A DNA stretch of 64,000 nucleotides from Auanema rhodensis. Its lineage: Eukaryota; Animalia; Nematoda. Below, one piece after another: positions 15,166 through 27,296 of the stretch. The first letter of the stretch is position 1, and the number at the start of each line of letters is the position of its first letter. The DNA is taken from contig OZ059900.1 of the NCBI GenBank assembly GCA_964057225.1, forward strand, positions 10,292,001 through 10,356,000. The letters are read 5' to 3'. The position numbers and the translations under genes are program-made. The notes below the pieces were generated by a model. That model searched no databases and had not been told where the DNA came from. It saw only the letters and a program-made list of their open reading frames with translations.

Positions 15166-18100
15166 TTATGGTAGCTCCCAACTGTACAGACAGTGCTTCA
15201 TCAGCATATCAGTTGTGTCCTTAACAAGCGACACGCCAGAAGCTTGCAATTCAAGTTGCTGAGCTTTGGCTATACGTTCTCGACGAACATCAGTGCTGGA
15301 AATCTGAAATGCAAATTTGTCAATGATTTAAGCAAAAAAGTCTGAAAAAAACTTACGGATGGCATGGGCCCTTTGCGAACTTCACAATTTAAACGTAGGA
15401 GGAAAGGAATTTGAGTGAGAAGACGTAATTCACATTTAATCTGAAAAAGAACGGTCATTTTTTAATGAATAAATGGCTTTTCTGCTTGATATTGCATTCA
15501 TTAATTCTTATATTGAGCACATTATTACAATTACTTTCGTTTTTCATTTTTTTCCTCTTTCCTCCCATTTTCCCTTCACTATTCTTTATTAGATGCTCTA
15601 AAATACCGAAACTTGACTAACAGCTGTCACATGCTCACATATTAGCTTTTCCGCAATTTTCCCACACAATATATCTGACTACAGTTGTCAGCTCTCAGCA
15701 TAAATCGCATCTATAAGCCTCATTAAGAGCATTCTCTCACAATTTTAACTGCGAATTTTCTCACCAGAAGAATTTTTTCTTTGACTGGTGTCACTCTTAT
15801 ACAGCGGAAAAAAGTGAGAAAGGCACAAATCAGAAAAAGAGAAAGTGAGAGATTTTAACTAATAACTTGATAGAAATATTTAACAATGCACGTGATTAGC
15901 AGTTGTACCTCTCGCCAAGCTGGACTGCGAATAATTGCCGTCGGCTCATAATATTTTCCACGAATACATTGCTGTTCAGGAAGAGTGCAGAAAAGCTCTA
16001 TCCAGATGTGTAGGCAGTTCTCATTCAAACCAGCATAAATCAAAGTTCTGCAATTGAAAAGAGATGAATAATGAATATGATTATCTATGCTGGTTACCTA
16101 AGCTTAGCTTTTTCATCCATCAAAGGTTCTTCCTGGTTTTTCACAATCAAATGATAATAATGAAGTAGAAGTTCTACAGGCTCAAGCGTCTGAATAGCAA
16201 GTGATAATAGGGAAAATATGCTGAATGACGTTTCTTACCTTCATATCATCATGCAATCTGAAACTATTGGACAAGGAAATTTTAGCCAAAACTTTACGGC
16301 CATGCTCAATCACGAGGCTTTTACAAAAGCTTTCTGAAACACCATAAATAACAATTATTTTATCTATATTTAGATAGATTACCAATGAAATGCCACGGAC
16401 GAATTATGACACGACCAAACATATTCTGATTCTTAAGCTTATAAGCAAATACATCTTCTAGCGCTCCCACTATTTGAGCTGAAAATAGCATGATATGAAT
16501 ATTTGCATATTACATTAAATTGTGTTACATTTAACAAGAGATTGAAAACCTGGATCGATATGCCCATCAGATGTTTGAGCATATGGCATCCCATGATCAT
16601 TGATTATCTGAAAAACATCCGTTTTCTCATTATTTCGTCTACTACGTTAAGCTAATATTGGGTAAAAAGAATTGAATGTAGGGTAGCGTCTTACATCAGA
16701 AGAATAGTTAAAAACCTGAACGAATTTGGCTGGGAACCAGCCACGTAAGCCGTTAATTTCGCCAACCCAGCAATGCTCATCTCTGTCACTAATAATGGTG
16801 ATAATATCGTTTTTTCTGTAATAATATATAGCTGATAAGCAACATGTCAATTTGATACGACCTGAATCCTAGATCATCACCGTCCTGACGAGCAAAATCA
16901 AGAATAGCCCGAGCTTTTCTAGGTCCTCTCCCACGCTTTTCATAGAATTTTTTCTTGTCTAATTCATGTGAAAGATCTGAATAATCAGCCTGGAATGATT
17001 ACAATGTAGACAGAATTACTAATGTTTGTAACAACTAACATTAAAATTGATATTCCATGTTCCATTGTTCTGAGTATCGAAATATTCCAAAACTTTTTTG
17101 ACACTCCTCTTGACTTTCGCCATAATCTCAGTTTGAAGGATGTTTTTCATGCGTAAAATTTCCTTTCTCTTCAAAATGTGCATTGAAATAGCAGGCAATA
17201 ACTCAAAACTGTCTTACCTCATCTGCATCTGGGAATACATGATGGAACATTGTCTTGGGAACAACCGATCGTTTAGCTAAGCTTTGTGAAGCTATTCCTG
17301 TCAAATCATTCTTCTCTTTGATTACAGACTAAAAAAAGTAATTGTATTTCCAAGCATTCAAGCATTACTAACTCGTAGTTGAGTGCGTAGATTGGTAATC
17401 ACATCCTCAGTTACAGAAAACTCAAATGAAGCCATGTACTCATAGAGCATTGCAAGTCTTTGCTTCTTATACTAAAAATTCAGGTTAACAGAATGATGAT
17501 TATACTATGTTCAAGTTATTTACCGAAAAGCCCATTGAGAAGAACTCAAATGCTATGTACTCAGAGTACTCATCTTGGCCTACAGCAGTTGTAATAGAAC
17601 GTTCGCGCAGCTTCATTAAGCTTAGAGCAGCCTTAAACAAGCGTGTTTATACAATAACATATTATCAATAGTTTTACTTGAAAAATGACGCACGATCCAC
17701 GGATGAAGAATAAATCGAAAAATCGCAACAGTGCATCTGCTGGTAACCCAGTGGTGAATAGATTACGTGTCCATCGTATAGCAGCATCTTCCAACTAAAA
17801 TATGTTCAATAGAAGTACTTTTTACGATATGTAGTTAGTCTTACGTAATGATCCATATTATTTAAAGCTTGAACGATTTCGGGAGAATGTACTTTCATTA
17901 GTTCGAATAGAACTTTAACGTCAACCTAAACTCATTCCATTCTTTTAAATTGGTTTTATCAGTCTAATTACCTCAATATCTAATTCATTCAAACTGAAAT
18001 ATTGGGGTGGTAGCATGTTTTCAACAAGAGCAGCCATTATCCAAAACGTCATTTCTTCATGACATACAAGAAGGATGAAAGCGACAATGTTGCCTATAAG

Positions 18101-19267
18101 TTTCAGAAACCATTCAACAAATTTCTCAAATAGAATAGCTTACAGAGATTATCTGAGATAACTACATCTGGGTAAAGGAACGATAATGTTAGAAGTATTC
18201 GCTTTAAAGCTTTAGCTGGCTTGCCTTCTGGATCATCGTAAAACTTTGAGTATGCTAACGTTAGATGAATCTTCTTGCTGCGCGCTAAAGTAATTTCAAG
18301 TATTCTAATTGCATTCTATCGTATTCTTCAAACCTCGTAGAGAGCGCTTAGATACAGCCTGCTCACAAAGCTTTTCATATGATACGCGTGAACTATTTTT
18401 CTTTTGCTCAGCTCCACTTAGTTTGGCCCATAAAACAGGTCGCATCATGGCCGGAAATCCTTAAGTTTATATGTCAATAAATGATATGATATGATATTGA
18501 TTATATGTATTAACCTGTTTGCCGTGTTAATGAGAATAGCTTTTCCTTATTCACTTTTTCAATATCAATGTCGCCTAGTTTTGATGGGCTCATTTTACTA
18601 AAATCGAATAATCCCATGAGTTGCAACCTATAATATGAGTGTAAGCATGTCATACAACAATAAATCTTACTCGACATTATTCTGGTCCGGCTCTTCATCA
18701 TCCGTCGAGCTTGAGCTACTGTAGTATAAAGTTTGTGTCACCATATTTCAAACAGCACACATACACACAACAAAAAGCTAAGAATCAATGTAAACTAACG
18801 GATTATTATCCTGAGAACTGCTGGTTGGATCCATATTCATTCCATCCGCATGTGCTGGTCTCAAACGTGTGAAAGGATCAATTATCTCAGGCTAAAATGT
18901 GATTTGTGGGAAAATAAATACAATTATGAATGAATAAGATAAATATATATACATATGTATAGTAAATGTAATCAAATATCCATTTAGACATTAAAAAAAA
19001 ACTTACAGTACGCTTTGAAAATTCCACTTCAAACATTTCTGGTTGCCAAAAAGTATCACGTGAAAACGGATTAATAATATCAGGCTGAAAAAAAAAGATT
19101 CTCGAAAAGAGCCATATTTATAGTTAATATTATATATTATACTATTTATGTGAATATTTTTCAATATAATATATAGTTCTTACCGCTGTATCTTCTTTTA
19201 GATAAACCTTTTTCATTGCTTCAACAGCAACAACGATTTCAAAATCGTCATTTTCGTTTTGACTCAT
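15166..19267 (-). CDS. SGSM3: SGSM3/RUTBC3-like TBC + SH3 + RUN domain protein, multi-exon
   Basis: [17 protein letters not shown] (TBC start); SH3 [33 protein letters not shown]; [34 protein letters not shown]; C-terminus [14 protein letters not shown] resembles the SGSM3 end. Internal exon boundaries not all resolved. Confidence 0.88.
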
Positions 19268-21998
19268 TGTTGTGAATAAATACTATAAAAATATGATTAA
19301 AAAATGATTATAGTAGTATAAAAAGCATTTGATATAGTATAGAAATATATATTACATGACATAATAGATATAGTTATGCTTAGTTACAGATAAATATGCA
19401 TATACATATATGTAAAGCCGCAAGAGTATTAACCAAAAAGGGCACAATGCTGATGAGTAATGAAGAGAAGACGAAAAAGCAGCCTCGAGATGAATGCGAA
19501 ATAGCATCGAGATGGCAGAGAGAAAGAGTAAGTGAGAAAAATGGAGAGAGCAATAGAGACATTGACACAGAGATAGAATGAGATAGAGAGGGAGAGAGGG
19601 AGAGAAAGGAAAAGAATCTCCTTCCTCCCCAAAGCGCACTGCAATTGTTGAGCAATCGCGGAGGCCGCCACGGGCCCAAAATCAATAACACAGCAGAAGC
19701 AAGGCATGCATCTAGGAGACCCCTCATAAGATTAGCGTTTCCATTGGCTGCACAGCAGGAGAATCGATACAACAAAATGTTCTCAACGATAATATTTTAT
19801 GATTAGAAAGCGAAACCTCACATTCATATACCGAAATTGGACTATTGCTTCACTTTTAATTTAACGAAAAAGAAGGAAAAAAGAAGAAAACAGTTAGAAT
19901 CGTTTATGTATATTTAAATGAGACAATGAATAAATATATTTTGTTCTAATTGCTTATATAAATTATTGAGAAAAAATGACAAATGAACTAATCAAGTGAA
20001 TCACGATTTATTTACTTGCTCTCCCAAATGCTACAATTTTATGAAATGTGGTCAAAAAATCCAATCAACAGCCGGTTGTCTTGATAAAATGTAGCGGATT
20101 ATGAAAAGTATTGAAGAAAAAGTCAGATTAGCTTTTCTTTTCAATAACAAAATATTTGGATGAAGTTAATGAAATTGTAATCTTTCGAGTTTTCTTCTTA
20201 ATATTTCCATATTACAAGTACTTCAGATAGGTTTTATCGTTTTGGCAACAAAATGGAGAGGAAGAAATGAAAAGAAGGATGACTATAAACGGAAATGAAA
20301 AATAGATGAATGTTTTATATATTTTATGTTTTCGATATGAGCAACTGTTGCTATAACCAGCTCTTTTCCAGCAATATTGTTGCTGATTCATCTGATGCGT
20401 ATCCAAGGTATTCTTCCTTGGTTTCAAAAAAAAGAGAATAACGAGCTCGTGATTTATACAGAGCAGCTGTGCGTTTTCATTTGAAGGATAAATAGCAGAA
20501 AACAAATAAAGGATTCAAGATGAAGATGATGAGAATGGAGGATGGGAGGAAGAAAAAAATAGTTTTTTGAATACTCAAACGAATGAGATGGCTGATTGTC
20601 CAGGAAACATTGAAGACCTCGCTGAAGGGCATATGAAATGCCAAATCGCCATTAATGTTCTGTAGAAAAAAATTGGAATTAAGAGTGGAAGGCGAAATGG
20701 AAAGGGAAAAAATGAAAGCAATCCGAAAAAATAGAATTACTCACAATGGATATATGGGAAAGGAAAATGAGGAGCTATATCGTGGAGAACTACAACAATT
20801 GGCTTCGTTATTCGTTAGTATTACTCATCTACGGATATTATTTGAATATAATAAATCGAGGCGCAGTATAATAAGGGGAAGGACATCGAGGAGCAAACAT
20901 ACAAATGATTGCCTTGCTTAACTATATGTATATAATTATATGGAACAAGGAAATGAAAGAGCACTGCTTCACGTGATTTGTGAGCTTGCTTAACTAGATT
21001 TATATACACACATGTAATTAAATCTAACAAGAGAAATATATTCTCACATGATTTGTAAGTTTTCTTAATTATACGTATATATATATATTTAATTAACTAT
21101 AATAGGGTGAGACAAATGAAGCAGTTCTATTAATGTTCGCAAAGGTTTTGGAGATATATAAATTTAATTATAGATAAGACGAATATAGCATATAACGATT
21201 ATGTGTACCTGGCAGAGGTACAGCCTTAGCTATATGCATAGTTAAAAGGATAATCGACAATAATTGGATGAACAACCATTTCTTATATATAGCACGTAAC
21301 ACAGAATTTTAAAGTAATTTATATAATAAATTATATTTCATAAATGATTAAATAACGAACAAAACTATAATTCTATCAGTTAGCTTAAAACATAAACTAA
21401 TTAACTAGATGTTGAGTTTAAAACATAAAATAATTAACTATATGCTGTATACTACAAAATGAAAAAAAAAATTTCTCAAATTATTACATATGCAATCTAT
21501 TTCTTCAATGGAGCTGTGTCTTGTCTTCGATATTTCTTTATCATATTATGAAAAATTGGATCCAGACAACCCAGATGCCTTTTGCTCATAGAGAAGAGAA
21601 GTTTAGCAAAAAAATTTTGTTTTATAGTTTTCATTGGAGGAAAAGAAAAAAGTATTTAATATGTGAAAACCTTTGCAAAAATAATGAGAATGTTGTTAGA
21701 CAAGTATCTATCGTTTTTTTATTTTTCCCATACACAATTTTGTTTCAAAATACAGAAAAGTTTTAAAGTTTTAAAGTTTCAAAGTTTTGAATAACAAATG
21801 TTTTGGCGCTAGAAATTCATTAGCATTGGCGCGCACTTTTATGGAACCATCTTGAAATGAAGATATGAATGAAGAATGAAGGAGGAAATGTAAGGCGGGT
21901 AAACTGGGCGGAAAGGTATACGAGCATGTGGCCGATAAAGATTGAATGGAATGAATAAAAATGTAAAGAAAGAGAAGAAGAATGAATGCAAGAGAATC

Positions 21999-22041
21999 GA
22001 GGAGGAGGAGGAGGAGGAGGAGGAGTAGGAGGAGGAAGAGG
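21999..22041. repeat. (GGA)n trinucleotide microsatellite
   Basis: Direct reading. Confidence 0.9.
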
Positions 22042-25000
22042 AGATGGTAAAGGATGAGATGCATATGCGAGGGCTAGACTAACGAAATGAAGTAGAATAG
22101 GCGGAGTTTAGGCGTCAACACGTGAGGACAATGCCATTTTGAAATGGTAAAATTTGTTATCTGATCTTAGTAAAGTTCATCTTTTAGTATTTGAGTTTAC
22201 ATAAACATAGAGATGCAAGCAAAAGAAAATAAAAAGTTTCAAATAACGGATGACTTGGTTGTTATAAAGAATAGCAAAAGATAATCTGTATGTAGATTAG
22301 TTACTTCATATATTTTTTTAATTTCCGCCTGTTGACAAGGCGTATCATCTTTCATTTGCTTTTTATCACTTTAATACAGTTTAGTATCTGATTTTTGATG
22401 TATCAGATTACAGCGATTATTATATTTTTCTCACATTTTTATATAAATAGTATGATATTAAATGAATAGTATATAGCAAAGATGGGATGCCGTTTTTTTA
22501 ATCTTTTTTTATTATCAAAACAATAGCAGTTTTTGGACTTATAAAAAAGTTAATATTCAATATAGTTTTCATTCATTATGGCTATTATATGATTATTTAA
22601 CCAACGCATTGTTAGGAAATATAAAATATTTATAGAATTTTAAATGACAATGATGACAATTATGAAAAAAAAGTTTTGGATTTTGTTAAAAAAAAAGTTT
22701 TTATGGATATAAGAAAAAGAAATGAATAGAGCAATAAGAGGCATTGCATGCGAATCAGAATAATGACGTGTGAATAGTTGAACTAATATGGTGTGAGGGA
22801 AAAGGAGTATGGGATATACAGACAAAAGAATAAGAAAACTGATTGTAGTATGACAAGATATTGAAAATCAAGAAGTAGGTAATACAATGTATATGAAATA
22901 TATTCTATATTCATACATATATGAAAGGAAAATATGTAATTCGATTATGTTATAAACTCTGTAGTGAGCGAATAGACCATTTAACTAATTGAAACTAAAG
23001 TAACTAACAAGAATATGCTTTGTTAATGCTCTAAAAAGAAGAACTACTTTACAAATGGTTCATTTGACCTATTTTATTGGTTTTTTCCTGTCTAAGACAC
23101 ATGATGATAGAATTATTTCATGTAGTCTGGGCAATAGATAAGATTACATCAGGTTAAGTAATGACAGAAGTGAAATATAAAGTGAAATATGTGCAATAAA
23201 AAGAATTTCTACTTCTTCGTAGACTGAATATGTGAGTGTAAAATGGGATAATTTATTTTCCTTTTATATGAAAAACTAGAACAAAAGAAATGCAAATATC
23301 TATTGAGGAATATATATTTCAACTCTGATCATTGTCGTCGTTTTTCGAATATCTTCCTACGTATATATTCGTTTTAGTTTAAGTCAGATGCGTCTGGTGA
23401 AGACAATGATACATCAAGCGTTTGTTGAATGAAACAATCTGTTATTTCTTCCTCGAAAAGACCACACATGTAGTTCTTTACAATCTTCTTTGTTACGAGA
23501 GGCAATGAAAAAGAATGGGATTTTCTGAGGCAAAACTGAGATGGCCATATGTTGAAGAGCCAGTTTCTGATGTGGCTATCTATCTTGCAAAGTGTAAGAT
23601 GAGAACAGACAGATTAGAGAGAAAAAAATGTTATTTCGTTACAGTATGAAGAATACGAAATAAAGATGGGAGATGTTGAAAATGAGAAAATGTAAAAACT
23701 CAATTGACTAATGGCAAAAAGCCGTCCGATATATTCTAGGTCACGACTAGCAATTAGCGGATTATCTGCAGCTAGCGAGCTCTATGCAATGAGCGACAGA
23801 TTTTTCTATTCAATTCGTCAAAACTAGCAGTAGACTGATAATTACACTTGTCGTACATGTCTATGTCAATGTTTCATTTTATCCTTTCAGATTCAAGAAA
23901 ATGCTATAACGCTAAGGGTGAGCATACATTGCAATTGTCTTAGATCTTTCCGTCATTGAAAGCACTTACTGCTTCCTAGGTCCTGTATCCTAGTATTTTA
24001 AATTAGATTAGTTTACTCAAACTAGCCGCAAAATGCATTAATTATGTGAATGAGAATAGCGATTTGAGAGCAGCATTGTGAATTAATTTTGCCTACTATT
24101 ATATATTATGCGACCTTATGTTATTATAGGGTTTGCTCTTATTTCAAATAGTAATTGAATATTTTAACTTATATGAGAGTGTAGAAAAATTGATCAAAAA
24201 TATGAAAAACAGGGATTTCAAATTGTTTCAAAATTACTTGAAAGCTCATACTAAACAGGTGAGCGTTAAACAATGTGCCAACTTTAATAGCTGTGAAAAC
24301 TCAAGAAGGATACTACCTGAAGATTTTTACTATACGTCATAGTCTTTTGAGGTCTTTTTACCATTCATAAACTATGTCTAGTAGCTATTGTTCAAATGAG
24401 AAACATTTTAAACTACCAGTAAACAAAGCTTCGTAAAGCCTCATTGATCACCTTATTGCTAATGCTATTAATAGCATTTTGAAGTTAACGAAAATACAAA
24501 CTTATAAGTATGCAATGAAGCTGTTTATTCTTTCTGCTGAAATTGTAACGAAAATTTTTTTATAGATCACTCTGTTCAGGCGAATAAGAGCTTGAAAAAT
24601 CAGAACCAATTACAATTTCTAAGAATTGAATTTCAACAGGATTGCATAAGGTTAATGTAGTGGTGTGGATTAGGGATATATGATACATATATGTATATTC
24701 TACTTGGTTGCAATAAACATATTTCAACATCGAAATGACCTTAAGAGATTGATTATGATATTTCAAATTTCTTCTTAGAATCAAGAAAAGAAGACTTTTT
24801 TACATTTTTTTATAAAAAGTTTATCACTTCTGTTATTACATAAATATCCATATTAAGTAGGAGAATTCAACTTGTGCCTAAAATTTACATCTCAGAAGAT
24901 TTTTATTTCATTTTCATATCAGTTGATATTACTCTCGAAGTTCCTCGTCCACACGAAAGAGCGGTATATTTTCATTTCAAAATTGTTCAATAATATGATA

Positions 25001-25230
25001 TAAGATGTTAATCAATATAATATATTGTTGTTTTAATTAGATGAACTGTTCGCTCTATCAATACGCGGGAATATATTATATTTTAAATAAAAAATGCTCC
25101 GAATGTAATAATGTAATTCCAATTATTATTTTTTCTTATATAAATAGCTAGTTAGATACTTTTTTTTGATTTAATTATTTCAGTAATTTCAATTGCCTTT
25201 GTTTAACCAAGTTGCCCGTCGAAAATCAAA

Positions 25231-25798
25231 ATGGTAAGTAAACCTTGTTATGTTATTTCCAATTTATATTGTTGTAGAGTTTTGTTTATGAATGTTGTAG
25301 AGTTTTGTTTATGAAAAAAAGAGTCAAAGAGGCGATCAGAAAATGTTTGGCAGAGTAAAAGAAGAAGCGTGATGTCAACTGAAAACAGTAGTAACAAGGT
25401 TTAGATAATATCTCCTTTATGAATCTCTTGATCGTTTATAATAGAAAGCACTACAACACAACAACGGAACAGTTTCCGACGACGAAGAAATGAATAATCG
25501 TATGCTCTTTGATTTTGGTCTAATGACAGATGAAGCAAAGATGCATCGGAAAATTGAACAAGTTTTAATGAAAATTGAATTAGCTGAAGAGGAAAACTAT
25601 AGAAGAGAACAAGAGCATAAGAGTAACATGTTCAAAGAATATCAGAAGCTTCATTCCCTTATGACTCAACATCTTCGATTTCTTGCCAGTGAAATCGAAG
25701 TTTATTTCGATAACAACATGACAGTTCCAAAGCCATTGATGACGGAATATGAGGAGACTAGAAGGTATTTCAAAGAAATTATAGATAACAAGGATTAA
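25231..25798 (+). CDS. orphan gene A, ~150-aa helical protein; exon 2 appears frameshifted by 1 nt
   Basis: ATG-only exon (25231-33, GTAAGT donor), exon ~25301-25398, exon 25445-25798 (KALQHNN..EYQKLHSLMTQHLRFL..P..EYEETRRYF). Paralogous to the C-terminus of the 47246-49269 gene. Confidence 0.6.
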
Positions 25799-26347
25799 AC
25801 ATAGTGAGTTGTAAACTGTATGCTATATTCTATTAAATTATGATTTTTTCCCTTTGTCTTGTAAATTATGTTATTTGTATTCAAATAACTTGATTGTATT
25901 CTGTGAATATGCTGTGATTTGTTGTTTTATTTTTAAATTAGAACTTGTTTAAGGTTATGATGACTGCAAGACTTTTCACAATTTTTCCAATTTGTGATGT
26001 TATAAAGAAAATAAAAATTTTATAAATGGTTAAAGCTTCTATATGTTTCACATACCATTATAGTTCATTTGAAATGAGAAATTTGGGCGTTTTCCTGAAA
26101 ATGTATTTTAGAGAGTTGTGGTGTACGGTATATTATACTTTTTTTTAAATATTTCCCTTCAAATGTTTCTCTTTATCTATATATTCATATGGAACTATAT
26201 ATTAAAAATATATTTGTATATAAGTTGATGAATAGGAGGGGAAGAGCACCACTACTAACATGAGTTCATGAAGATCACAGGTACTCGAAAAAAATATCTG
26301 AAAAAAATTTTTTTTTTGTGATTTTATATAAAAACTTTATAATTCTC

Positions 26348-26373
26348 ATTATTATTATTATTATTATTATTAT
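26348..26373. repeat. (ATT)n microsatellite (mirror ~38719-38744)
   Basis: Direct reading. Confidence 0.85.
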
Positions 26374-26504
26374 TTATATATATTTAATAATTTAAAGAAA
26401 GAAAAAACAAGAAATAAACCAATTGACCAAATCTTACCCCTCACGTAAGTCATTAATGACCGGTACACCCAAAATAGTCAAATCTGACACTTGTGGTCAA
26501 AAGA

Positions 26505-26518
26505 ACGAGTGCACTCGT
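26505..26518 (+). promoter_or_regulatory. perfect 14-bp palindrome ACGAGTGCACTCGT at -65 to -52 of U2 (PSE position)
   Basis: Position matches snRNA proximal sequence elements; function inferred. Confidence 0.35.
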
Positions 26519-26569
26519 ATGAAGTACGATACATAATCTCTATGTTTATGTTTCTGACGACGTTGCAGT

Positions 26570-26758
26570 ATCGCTTCTCGGCCTTTTGGCTAAGATCAAA
26601 GTGTAGTAATCGTTCTTATCGAATTAACCTTCGATATGTGTTCCATTGGTTCACAATAAGGTTAACCGATTTTTGAGACCTGAGGTAGATGCTGGCTTGC
26701 TAGCTCCATCTCACGGGTCGACCCGCTCTTGCACTGCTGGCGGGAACGGCCCATCCCC
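26570..26758 (+). ncRNA. U2: U2 snRNA (variant)
   Basis: ATCGCTTCTCGGCCTTTTGGCTAAGATCAAAGTGTAGTA 5' end; stem IIa TATCGAA/TTCGATA; IIc pairing TTAACCT/AGGTTAA; Sm site ATTTTTG; stem III with CTTG loop; stem IV with TTGCAC loop. Confidence 0.97.
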
Positions 26759-26853
26759 TTTGGGGGAGAATAATCGTTCTTATCGAATTAACCTTCGATA
26801 TGTGTTCCATTGGTTCACAATAAGGTTAACGGATTATTTTTCCCCAAAGGGGA
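26754..26853 (+). repeat. 22-bp hairpin stem enclosing an exact 60-bp duplicate of U2 nt 38-97
   Basis: 26771-26830 = 26607-26666; 26754-26775 pairs with 26832-26853 (20 WC + 2 G.U). Confidence 0.92.
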
Positions 26854-27017
26854 GAGTTGTTACAGCGTCAGCATCTTATGCACTACTGATATCCCATTTT
26901 CGTATTGTAATCCAACCTCAACTGACTTGGAGACATAGGTAATAATGGGAAATTTATTTAATATATGGATTCATGTGATGATTTTCCATCATAATACGGT
27001 GAGTAATATTAAACTCC

Positions 27018-27124
27018 TGACAGAGTATTACCCAGATGTTCTATTTCTGCCAAAATTTGCTCACTTTCGGATGCCACGGTCAGCGAAGTTCACTATGATA
27101 ACCGCAAAACTAGCAATTTAATTC
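27018..27124 (-). ncRNA. spliced-leader (SL) RNA-like / Sm-site RNA candidate, possibly a relic
   Basis: 22-nt leader 13/22 identical to SL1 followed by GT; stem-loop; Sm site AAATTTTGG at nt 67-75; 3' stem GGCAGA/TCTGTC; adjacent to 5S. Confidence 0.35.
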
Positions 27125-27243
27125 GCTTACGACCATACCACGTTGAAAGTACGCCATCCCGTCCGATCTGGCAAGTCAAGCAACGTTGGGCCCGGTTAGT
27201 ACTTGGATCGGAGACGGCTTGGGAATCCAGGGTGCCGTAAGCT
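27125..27243 (+). rRNA. 5S: 5S rRNA
   Basis: GCTTACGACCATACCACGTTGAA..CATCCCGTCCGATCTGGCAAGTCAAGCAACG..TTAGTACTTGGATCGGAGACGG..GTAAGCT; 119 nt followed by a T-run terminator. Confidence 0.98.
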
Positions 27244-27296
27244 TTTTCTTTTTGTCAGAAAAAAAGTTTCTGAAATTAGTTTCATAATCAGATATG

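Noticed and set aside
26607-26830. 60-bp direct repeats as a CRISPR-like array
   Set aside because: Only two units, derived from U2, in a eukaryotic context with no cas genes.
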